Positions 53,241-64,000 of a stretch of 64,000 nucleotides of DNA are shown here, one piece after another. Position numbers and translations under genes: made by a program. The first letter of the stretch is position 1. Each line of letters starts with the position of its first letter. Source of the DNA: Octopus sinensis (Eukaryota); assembly GCF_006345805.1 (NCBI RefSeq), contig NC_043001.1, positions 8,184,001 through 8,248,000 on the forward strand, read 5' to 3'. The notes beneath the pieces are model-generated. The model was not told the origin of the DNA, searched no databases, and saw only the letters and a list, made by a program, of their open reading frames with translations.

Positions 53241-53743
53241 TGTAGTAGTGTTGACAGTCATGCTTCACAATTTTTGACTGTAGCAAGATGATTGATTCTG
53301 TGCTATAAATACAGCTGGGTAGGCTCCAGAGTGCTAGGTTTTGCAAACTGTATTCTGACCAATCAGTGTGTAGTATCACTCAATTACTTAAGCTGATTGG
53401 TTGGTTGAGCTGATTGGTTTAGGCGTCACGCTTTGTTGGACATGTCAAGAGTCCTGTATCTTGACCCTGGCCGAAGCAGCAATTGTTGGGTTATTTTTAG
53501 AAATGTTGTAAATATCCTTTGTCAGAGATTTTTATATTTCAATTGTCATCATCATCATTGTCAGCACCTTAATTATTGTTGCTAGTGGTGATGGTTATGG
53601 CAATAGAACTTTTAACCCTAAATAAGATAATTTTCCTGCTATCTTCGTCTTGATCACCTTTAGTATTGTTGTTGTTGTTAGTGGTCATGGTCGTAGCAGT
53701 GGAAGTAATACCTCTAAGTATTATTATTATTATTATTGCTTAT

Positions 53744-55687
53744 TTAGCTTGGGTTCGAATTTATCAATAAAATTCTTTTCTCTGATTTTCCTCTCGATTT
53801 CACTTGGCTGTGTAATTTGTAGAATGGAAATATTATATATATTTTCCGACCACATGTTGCTAGGTGGTTACTCAAAGGTATCTGACGGACCTCTGGGTCT
53901 CTAATCTGTTGCCGGTGTACACGTGAGCGTTCTAATAGTGCGTTTCCCGTCTGACCTACATATATTTCTTCACAATTTGGGCATTTGATGCAGTAAATTA
54001 AATTTCTGCTTTTGCAGTTCATATTCGCGTTTGTGAATATTTTCCCGGTTTTTGTGTTTATATATTGACCGGTATGTATGAATTGGCATGTGCCCCATCG
54101 GCTATCATTGCATTTAGATACCGTGAATGTTTGGTCTTTGTTGCTGAGGTCAAATTTTGCCTTTGTTAGTAATGTTTTCAAGTTTTTAGGCTGTCTTTTA
54201 CTAAGCACCATAGCTCGATCCGTGATTATGTCTTTTAATTCATTACTTTGGGCAATGATTGGTAGGTTTGCTTTGGCAATGTTGAAGATATTCTGGTGAC
54301 ATGGGTTGTGTGTCACTATGAATGGTATGACTTGTTCTTGTTTTCCTCTTCCTTGGGTTGTCCTAAGTTGTTGTATAGGTATTTTTATAGCCCGCTGTAT
54401 GCCATTTTCTATAAGTAGAGATGGGTATTTTTGTTTGAGCAAAAATTCTCTTAGTTCTATTAGGCGTTTGTTCCTGATATTTGCATCTTCTACAATAGTA
54501 CAAATTCTTCTGGCTAGGCAGTATGGGATGTTACGTTTTGTATGTGGTGGATGGCACGACTTAAAATTTAGGTATTGATGTGTGTCTGTGTGTTTATAGT
54601 ATATATCTGTGGTGATGGTGGTGTCTTTTTTAATTACCATTATATCCAGGAATGGTAATTTGGTACTACTCATCTCCTTTGTAAATTGGAGAGATGGGTG
54701 TAGGTTGTTCAGGAGGATATTGAACTCTTCCAGAGTATTTAGAGATTCTGTCCAGATTATGAAACAGTCGTCTAGGTATCTCTTCCATGCCTTTTCAATA
54801 TACTTTCTAACCCAGTGCCATAGTTTACCTCCACCTCTTGGTAGAGTTGTTCTTCTAAGTATCCCATTACAGAGTTGGCGTAAACGGGAGCAAACCTCGT
54901 TCCCATCGCCGTGCCTCTAATTTGGATGTAATTCTTTCCATTGAAGAAGAATGTGTTATTTTCTAGAATAAGCTTGACTGTGTCTAATATAAAAGGCACT
55001 GTGAATCTGCTGGGAATCACTTCTCTATGTTTTTCTAACCAGTATTTAATCGCCTTATTCCTAAATCGTGTGGAATATTGGTGTAGAGGCTTACCACATC
55101 AAAACTTAGTAAAACTGAATTTGTTTCTGTTGTTTTGGGAAGATGGGACAGGAAGTCGATGTCATCCCTGATGAAACTTGGTATGTAAGTACATAGTGGT
55201 TTCAAAACAATGTCAATAAAATTGCTTAGACGGTGTGTAGGGCATGCTGGACCAGCTATAATAGGTCTAAGTTTTAGGTCTTTTGGATGTAATAATTTTA
55301 TGTACTCACTTTCTTGTTCTTTTACTGCCTGTTGAATGTTTTTTGATTTGTGTATTTTTGGTAAGCCGTAGAAGTTGCTGGGTTTTGGTTCAAAATTGGT
55401 GATGTAGTCTTTTTCATTATCCGTAAGTGAGTTGTGGTGTGGTTGAAATCAGTGTCAGGTGTTGATCTTTTTCATGATGTGGTGGTCTATTTGCGGGTAT
55501 TTCACAATAGAAGGTTGTATCCTTCAGTTGGTCTTCAACCAAATCCTTATAGTATTCGGTATCCATAATAACAATTGCACCACCTTTATCTGCTTGTTTA
55601 ATTATTATTGTTTGATCGTTTTGTATGCGTTTACATGCAGACATCTCTGATTTGCTAATGTTTGGCCTAACATTGGTATTGCGTCTA
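53744..55687 (-). pseudogene. PLE RT + GIY-YIG endonuclease, 5'-truncated, frameshifted (left copy)
   Basis: NISKSE..KQADKGGAIVIMD (PLE DKG motif), RPIIAG, GTAMGTRFAPVYAN, RYLDDCF, LPFLD and NLIYCIKCPNCEEIYVGQTG...R..H (GIY-YIG). Confidence 0.9.
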
Positions 55688-56784
55688 AGGTAAACTATGG
55701 CACTGGGTTTAGAAAGTATATTGAAAAGGCATGGAAGAGATACCTAGACGACTGTTTCATAATCTGGACAGAATCTCTAAATACTCTGGAAGAGTTCATT
55801 ATCCTCCTGAACAACCTACACCCATCTCTCCAATTTACAAAGGAGATGAGTAGTACCAAATTACCATTCCTGGATATAATGGTAATTAAAAAAGACACCA
55901 CCATCACCACAGATATATACTATAAACACACAGACACACATCAATACCTAAATTTTAAGTCGTGCCATCCACCACATACAAAACGTAACATCCCATACTG
56001 CCTAGCCAGAAGAATTTGTACTATTGTAGAAGATGCAAATTCAGGAACAAACGCCTAATAGAACTAAGAGAATTTTTGCTCAAACAAAAATACCCATCTC
56101 TACTTATAGAAAATGGCATACAGCGGGCTATAAAAATACCTATACAAAAACTTAGGACAACCCAAGGAAGAGGAAAAAAGAACAAGTCATACCATTCATA
56201 GTGACACACAACCCATGTCACCAGAATATCTTCAACATTGCCAAAGCAAACCTACCAATCATTGCCCAAAGTAATGAATTAAAAGACATAATCACGGATC
56301 GAGCTATGGTGCTTAGTAAAAGACAGCCTAAAAACTTGAAAACATTACTAACAAAGGCAAAATTTGACCTCAGCAACAAAGACCAAACATTCACGGTATC
56401 TAAATGCAATGATAGCCGATGTGGCACATGCCAATTCATACATACCGGTCAATATATAAACACAAAAACCGGGAAAATATTCACAAACGCGAATATGAAC
56501 TGCAAAAGCAGAAATTTAATTTACTGCATCAAATGCCAAATTGTGAAGAAATATATGTAGGTCAGACGGGAAACGCACTATTAGAACGCTCACGTGTACA
56601 CCGGCAACAGATTAGAGACCCAGAGGTCCGTCAGATACCTTTGAGTAACCACCTAGCAACATGTGGTCGGAAAATATATATAATATTTCCATTCTACAAA
56701 TTACACAGCCCAAGTGAAATCGAGAGGAAAATCAGAGAAAAGAATTTTATTGATAAATTCGAACCCAAGCTAAATAAGCAATAA
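55688..56784 (+). pseudogene. PLE RT C-terminus + GIY-YIG, more deeply 5'-truncated, frameshifted (right copy)
   Basis: Same protein from just before YLDD to ...FIDKFEPKLNKQ*, split across track ORFs 55846..56058, 56016..56201, 56201..56560 and 56419..56784. Confidence 0.9.
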
Positions 56785-57106
56785 TAATAATAATAATACT
56801 TAGAGGTATTACTTCCACTGCTACGACCATGACCACTAACAACAACAACAATACTAAAGGTGATCAAGACGAAGATAGCAGGAAAATTATCTTATTTAGG
56901 GTTAAAAGTTCTATTGCCATAACCATCACCACTAGCAACAATAATTAAGGTGCTGACAATGATGATGATGACAATTGAAATATAAAAATATAAAAATCTC
57001 TGACAAAGGATATTTACAACATTTCTAAAAATAACCCAACAATTGCTGCTTCGGCCAGGTCAAGATACAGGACTCTTGACATGTCCAACAAAGCGTGACG
57101 CCTAAA

Positions 57107-57220
57107 CCAATCAGCTCAACCAACCAATCAGCTTAAGTAATTGAGTGATACTACACACTGATTGGTCAGAATACAGTTTGCAAAACCTAGCACTCTGGAG
57201 CCTACCCAGCTGTATTTATA
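57107..57220 (+). promoter_or_regulatory. Putative Pol II promoter in the PLE terminal repeat (mirror at 53304-53417, - strand)
   Basis: CCAAT at 57107 and 57124, ATTGG at 57161, and TATTTATA at 57213-57220, about 65 nt upstream of the hammerhead. Confidence 0.45.
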
Positions 57221-57283
57221 GCACAGAATCAATCATCTTGCTACAGTCAAAAATTGTGAAGCATGACTGTCAACACTACTACA

Positions 57284-57328
57284 TGAACCCGAAGATTGCA
57301 GAATTCAATGCATGAAAGTACTAGTTCA
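57284..57328 (+). ncRNA. Candidate minimal type I hammerhead ribozyme in the PLE terminal repeat (U4C core variant)
   Basis: TGAAC-CCGAAGA-tTGCA gaattcaa TGCAt-GAA-AGTACT-A-GTTCA. Helix I is TGAAC/GTTCA, helix II is TGCA/TGCA, helix III is the palindrome AGTACT, and the cleavage triplet is CUA. Confidence 0.65.
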
Positions 57329-58072
57329 ATCAGAATGAATATTTAACATTCTACTATTTCATTTTATTTTATTCAATTATAATATATTATCTTATAATAT
57401 ATCATTATAAGATTGTAAATAAAACGTGAAAATCAGACAAGGTTGGAATTCTTTTTATTAATATATTCTTCTATACACAATCACACACACCCATATATAT
57501 ATATATTCTATATATATATATAATATATACACATATATATAATATAATATATATATATATATATTATATACATTATATATATATATATATATATTATGTA
57601 TATATATAAATATATAATATATACATACATATATACATATATATATATGTATGTGTATATATATATATATATACACACATTTATATATATATGTGTGTGT
57701 ATGTGTGTTTATGATTTCGGCAGTCATATGTATTTAAGTGCAAGAAAACACTTCAAATGCTAATGTTGTTTTTATACATCTTACATACGTTGCATTAATT
57801 TGCCGTAATCAACATGAACTGTACTCAACGATATGTTTTATCAAAGCTTTTATGCCAAGGATTTAATATGTTATTTAAAGATGACTACATAAGCCATCAA
57901 TGGCAAGTAAACTGATTGGAAACACGAGAATAGTTATTTATTACGCTGCACTTCATAAATCAAGGACTTTTACTCCAGGGTATGAAATTATGTTACCCTT
58001 TCATCTGAATCGGACGTAATATTAAATATTACATGCAGATTTCTGGTATTTTTACACTTATTTCTCCCTCTT

Positions 58073-58074
<2 letters not shown>

Positions 58075-58106
<32 letters not shown>

Positions 58107-58135
58107 CTCTATCTATCTATCTATCTATCTATCTC

Positions 58136-58211
<76 letters not shown>

Positions 58212-58347
58212 ACAATCTATCTATCTATCTATATATATATCTAGGTATTTATCTATCTATCTATTGATCTATCTATCTACCTATCTATTTAATCTGTGCA
58301 TAGATCTCTGCATCTACCTAGCTATTTATCTACCTATATATCTATCA

Positions 58348-58391
<44 letters not shown>

Positions 58392-58540
58392 TATAGACGC
58401 AGATGATGCATATATATATATATATAGATATATATATATATATATATATATTATATAAATATAAATAATATATAATATATATATATACATAACATATATA
58501 TATTAATACTTGTATATTTATTATATATATATATAAACAG
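58075..58540. repeat. (TCTA)n followed by (TA)n
   Basis: Direct reading. Confidence 0.95.
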
Positions 58541-58547
58541 ACATATA

Positions 58548-58648
58548 TTACCTATATTCTACAATTCTATCGTTTTACTCGTGACTTCTCAATAGCATAT
58601 ATTTGATATCGTGCCTGCATATATACATATTACATATACACACACACA

Positions 58649-58718
<70 letters not shown>

Positions 58719-58854
58719 ATATATATACATACATATGTGTATCTATATATATAAATATATACATATATATAATCTGTATATATGTAGGCACGATATCAAA
58801 TATATGCTATTGATAAGTCACGAGTAAAACGATAGAATTATAGAATATATGTAA
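58548..58854. repeat. 79-bp inverted repeats (75/79 identical) enclosing a (TA)/(CA) microsatellite
   Basis: 58548-58626 matches the reverse complement of 58776-58854. Confidence 0.9.
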
Positions 58855-59696
58855 CACAAGTGACATAACGCCGTTTCATTGCCGGAGGACATAAGCCAGC
58901 AATACATGAAAGCGAAATTCACAACAACAATTGGCTAAACCATCAAAATCTACTGATGGTCGCCATTATTGACAAACTGTAGCAATCAATATCGTGTGCT
59001 GCTAGCTAAAACTAATCGATAACGAATACTACAAAATTGCATCGATTTATAATGGATTGTACACGAATGTCCTGTTAGATACTATGAGTTATGAGTCTCT
59101 ACTAATCGATCATGATGTTCACGAGAAATGTGTGAATCTATAAACTTCACTATATTTTTATCAATCAATAACCAAGATAATATAGGTCGATATATATTAT
59201 TACATACCGTGATTAAAGTAGCCAACGTAAATTCGATCTGTTCAATTGAATATATCATATATCCGTTAAAGAAAAAAGAAAGAAATGAAGAATCGAAAAG
59301 AAGTGTTAAAATTAATTCATAGCGTTTTGCATAGAGTTCTAAGGAATTTGGAACTGGCTTCGATTTTAAATATGTTTAATCATCAGTTTTAGAGATCTGG
59401 AGAAAATCATTTTGCTCCATAAAATATAGATTATATTTGTTTGTCTTTGATGTGCCTACACCTTCATTATAAATATTCAGAGACATATTTAAACACATTT
59501 TCTTTGCTGGCAAGAAAAAAATAACCATACTACTCCCCTGCACCTTAGACATTCACTCACACACACACAAGCATTAACGCGCACACACATGCACAAACTC
59601 ACGCCAACACATTTACATACATATGTACATATATAGATATATATGTATACCTATATATGCATGCGTGTATATATATATATTTATATACATGTCTGT

Positions 59697-59788
<92 letters not shown>

Positions 59789-60040
59789 GTGTGTGTGTGT
59801 ATGTTTGTGTGTGTGTGATTGCGTTTGCTTGTGCGTGTGTATCTGTCTGTCTACCTGCTTGTTGGTTGGTGTGTTTGTGGGTATTTTTGCTGTGGAAGAG
59901 ATTGGGGTGGGGGTTAAATACAGAAAGTGACTACATACGTAGTATGGCGCCTCGCCGAGCGAGCGCAGCTGTAAAATATTTCGCACTTGACTCAATAATG
60001 TCTTTAATATTAATTGTAGTTAAATTTAAACACTGCTAAG

Positions 60041-60072
<32 letters not shown>

Positions 60073-60232
60073 ATCTTCTCTCTCTCTCTCTCTTCTCTCT
60101 CTCTTTACTTGCTCCACCCTATTTTCCTCACGCTGTAGTGAGAATTGTAGTGTATTTTGCCGCATTCGTCTACAAGGCTTATATTTATCATGGTGTACAT
60201 TTTAAAGATCGGTTTGCATATTTTAAAATCTT

Positions 60233-60420
60233 TACAGTTCTCTATTTAAGAGATGAGGAATTATGTACTTTATTTACATTATTTACATCTGACTGATATA
60301 CGTGACCTTATTGTTTGTTGTTAACACAACGTTTCGGCTGATACACCCTCCAGCCTTCGTCAGGTGGCTTGGGAAAATTTTGAACCTGGATTCTCATTCC
60401 TAAGGTATTTTTTGGATGTT
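60233..60420 (-). mobile_element. 3' half of the tRNA/hammerhead family (linker, intact hammerhead, tail); outward-facing partner tail at 61713-61786 (+)
   Basis: Reverse complement of the linker and tail seen at 22770-22912 and 47899-48011. Confidence 0.8.
60323..60368 (-). ncRNA. Minimal type I hammerhead ribozyme
   Basis: Sense: GCCAC-CTGACGA-a-GGCTG gagggtgtat CAGCC-GAA-ACGT-T-GTGTT. Core is intact, helix II is 5 bp, helix III is the palindrome ACGT, and helix I is partly paired (GACAC/GTGTT in the 22794 copy). Confidence 0.75.
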
Positions 60421-60469
60421 AATAATAATAAAACTAATAATAATAATTATAATAATAATAATAATAATG

Positions 60470-60516
<47 letters not shown>

Positions 60517-61600
60517 CACCCATATGTTCACAAAGAAAATGAAAATGTATTTGTCAATGTCAAGAAAAAGAAACGTAATGGGAGCGACAAAAGAAAAGAT
60601 CCATTGTGGAAATGAAGAATCCTGGCAGGGTTAGAATGCACTGGAAGGAATTCTCTGCGTTAGACCGAAAAGAGAAAGGGGAGCTTAAAAGCAAACAAAA
60701 ATACAGGGCGCTGTAAAGGAAGTATAATATTGAAAGAAGGGGCCTGAAATTAGTAATGAAGGAACTGAAACAGCTCTTTGTTGCAAAGAAAGCAAAGATG
60801 GTAAGATACGACCAAAGAATGAAGTGTTACCACCAGATTGGGTTATTCAGAATAGATCAGAGGAGATTCTATAAATAATTAAATGGAGGATGTACAGATG
60901 AAAATTTAATACCAGCTAACATTGAAAGTCAAAGGTTTTGGAGTGACAACTGGAGCAAAGACAAAGCACACAAGAAGGATGCTGAATGGTTGCAAGAACT
61001 GAAACAAACAGTAGTCTGTACAAAAGAGGCAGAACTAGTTATTTCAGTTAGTGAAGTGAAGGAAATCAGCAAACAAATGAGCAACTGGAAGGACCCGGGA
61101 TCAGATGCAGTTCAAGGCTACTGGATCAAAAGATTTGGTGAATGACAGACACGAATAGCTGCGCAACTCAACACCTTGTTAAATGCCGACCAAGTAACAC
61201 CAGTGTGGTTGACATTGGGTAGGACAGTGCTGTGCCTGAAAAACATCGAAAAGGCAATCCGGTAGACATTTACGGGCCAATATCCTGTTTGCCACTTATG
61301 TGGAAGTTAGTGAGTGGAACACTCTCAGCATCAATGTACGAACATCTAGAAAAAATGGAGTCCTGCCACATGAGCAGAAGGGTTGCAAGCGTAGGAGCAG
61401 AGGGACCAAGGATCAACTCCTGATAGACAAAACTGTACTCAGATACTGCAAGAGGAGGAAAAGTAACTTAGCCTTGTCATGGATCGACTATCGTAAGGGG
61501 TACGATATGATCCCGCATTCTAGGATTATGGAGTGTATGAAACTGTCAGGAATTGCATCGAATGTTGAGCGATTGCTTGGTAAAAGTATGGCGAAATGAC
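60517..61600 (+). pseudogene. Decayed R4/Dong-type ORF fragment (pre-RT region and RT N-half) starting directly after (AAT)n
   Basis: [85 protein letters not shown]; many stops and frameshifts. Confidence 0.85.
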
Positions 61601-63184
61601 CTTAATAATAGTTCCAGACTTGCTTCATTATATGTCATTTGTGTGAAACCATTGGACGTAAAAGTGATTAAAATCACATAACACATATGGCCATTATTTA
61701 CATATTTTACATGGGACAAATATCCGTCAAATGTAAATAATGTAAACAATGTATATAATTCCTCATCTCTTAAATATGGAACTGTAACACATATGGCCTT
61801 ACAAGTTAATCTGAAGGATTATTATTGAATAATAAGGTAGCCATGTGATAATGTATATCAATCCAGGTCTTGAGGAGAAAACTTTTTTGTGAAATAACTT
61901 TATTGTCTCTCATGGTAATTGCTAGCCAATGCATATAATCATTAATGATACGGCAATTAAAAGTTTATCCAGAAATGACAGTCTTGATTTTTATTATCTT
62001 TTGGAAATATAAAGTGGAATATAGCAAAATTATTTTAATGCATTTAAACGAACAAAACTATTTTAGTACTGATATCACATTAGCATTTAAAATTACATCA
62101 TTTATTGATATATTTATATATATTATATATGTATTTATTTATTATTTTTGCTTTGAAAATTTTTTCGTTAAGCTATACAAAAAAATGTTACTCATTTTTG
62201 TGTGGCAACGATGTATCCAACTTTATGCATATGGAAATGCATAACACCTACACATTAACCAAGAAGATTGTTTTAGGACTTATTTAGAACACACTATATC
62301 AACAGTGAGAAATTATTATAAAGATATTTATTTAAAAATTCATGAATAATCTCATTAAACGGATCTCATTAAATCAAACCGAACCAAATACATCAACAGC
62401 ATACTGATTATAATAATTATCTATCAAATATGATGCATTAAAGCATTGTATTACACCGCAACATCTGGTGTATTTTGCTTTACTTTGAACTGCGAAACAT
62501 AATTGAGTAGATTTTAGTGATTTTTTAAAGGTAGAATATACATCGTGTAGAGCAAATACTATGTAAATAAAGTTGTTTATGTTTTAAAGTTTGGACAGCG
62601 ATCGCTGATGATATAATTCATAGCATCAAATACCGCTGGTTTCCAGTATTAACACAAGGCCAGCAATTTCAAGGGAGAGTGTAAGTCGATTAAATCCCCC
62701 AAATATTTGGTATTGTGCTAAAATGCGAAACCAATATTTAAATATCATTTTGATTTTTGAGTACTACATAAGAAATATTTGTTACCCAGTTACCTGGTTA
62801 TGTCAGTTATAATCTAATAATTTAGACTGAACTCCAGATATATGGATTAAACCCATCCTGCTCAAATACTGATGAAGTTGAAATATACCATATTGTTAAT
62901 ATAAATGTGAATTATAATTATATGACGTTAAGATAAATATTTTATACGTTGCCGGGGATAGGATATAGTGTTCACAATTCTATATAGTGACAGCTTCGTC
63001 GTCCATTATTACAAGAAATTGAATATAAAAGGAATACACAGTGTAGGATGACAGTGTCATTGGAGGAACAGTTGAGCGTAGAGATATTTTGGCAATGGAT
63101 AAAACAACAATTCTGCGCAGTATTTGAATAAAACGGCAGATGCATCAATTTATCTGAATGCTTTAATTTAGTAATTATTTAGCA

Positions 63185-63282
63185 TTTAACCATTATGTAA
63201 GAGTTATTTAGCCATTATATAAGAGTTTAGCCATTATATAAGAGTTTAGCCATTATATAAGAGTTTAGCCATTATAGAAGAG
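63185..63282 (+). repeat. 19-bp tandem minisatellite TTTAGCCATTATATAAGAG, four adjacent copies plus one degenerate
   Basis: Units start at 63207, 63226, 63245 and 63264; degenerate unit at 63185. Confidence 0.9.
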
Positions 63283-64000
63283 TTACTTATAAGAGTTATA
63301 ACTGAGATAGAATTATGTGCTGTAATGGAAAATTCGATCGCAAAATGTTTCCCGAACATTGTCAAATCGTAATCCGTTTTTAAGCAGAGATTTCTCGTAA
63401 TCCCAAACATAAAACACATCTTCGTTAGACAGTAAACAAAACCTTTGCTGACAAATAAAGGTTAAACTATAAAATGAACGAGTTATTGATTCAAAGTATA
63501 TTTCTTGGAAAGTACCTATATATTGTCATAGTTTACGAAAATAAAAATTCTATTTTCAATGCTGCAAATTATTTACAAAATAACGATTCTGTTTTAGTCG
63601 ATGCATCGATAAACGGCAATTGAAAATATAAAATGGGTTTTCAAATACGCTGTCAGCACACATTCTGTATCAAGAAACGGTTGTTTTTTCTGCCTATGAA
63701 GTGGCCCTAAGTGTTCCGCATTATCCATCAGACAGGTTCCTACCATCTCAAATAGGCCAATGAATATAAACCCGAGTACATCTTAAAGGTAACAAATTAA
63801 AACAGTTTAGGATTTTAAAAAGTTGTTTCTGGAAATAAATTTTCTCCATAAACACATTTCTTCTTAAGTTACGCGGTCAGTGTTCGATTCGCTTTGAAAT
63901 CAAAATGATTTTAAAAAGAGAGGAATATATCTGCAGAACGGCCCTGCTTCTTCTACAGTATCCTCCTGCTTGACAATTTCACAATTAATGATGCCTTAAC

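Larger units (their letters stand above)
53061..57464. mobile_element. Penelope-like element (probably Neptune clade) as a head-to-head inverted structure: left copy (-) 53061-55687, right copy (+) 55688-57464
   Basis: 53061-54830 is the reverse complement of 55688-57464, with only about a dozen differences seen. PLE RT and GIY-YIG motifs are present. The Cys linker CNDSRCGTC before the GIY-YIG suggests Neptune. The left end abuts (TA)n, and a TA-rich tract lies about 30 bp beyond the right end. Confidence 0.92.

Noticed and set aside
53061-57464. Inverted PLE as a fold-back read artefact
   Set aside because: Symmetry ends at the element terminus, the flanks differ, the spacer is an asymmetric 857 bp and the arms have substitutions. 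Read-level confirmation is still advisable.

Overview
This is AT-rich, microsatellite-dense eukaryotic DNA with no host protein-coding exon that I can recognise. The SINE families look like those of Octopus/coleoid cephalopods; that is recognition from memory, not a search. Main contents: (1) Two convergent sister CR1-group LINEs (12.9-18.5 kb +, 33.55-38.6 kb -). Their ORF1 combines a Myb/SANT-like trihelix domain with a CCCH finger, their 5' regions are different tandem-repeat tracts, and their 3' ends share a motif and hairpin with the commonest SINE in the window. (2) A young Neptune-type Penelope-like element (PLE) at 53.06-57.46 kb, built as a head-to-head inverted repeat with about 1.77 kb arms. 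Each arm carries a candidate minimal hammerhead ribozyme and an outward-facing CCAAT/TATA-like promoter. (3) A recurring non-autonomous element made of a tRNA-like Pol III head, an (AAT)n tract, a minimal hammerhead and a fixed tail. It occurs as inverted pairs like the PLE, and its (AAT)n tract is repeatedly occupied by R4/Dong-type and other inserts. This candidate ribozyme-bearing, PLE-mobilised SINE is the most interesting system here. (4) Decayed RTE, CR1, Naiad-like PLE, mariner, Tigger-like and Helitron-like remnants, and many tRNA-derived SINEs. All alignments were done by eye, and boundaries of decayed elements are approximate.
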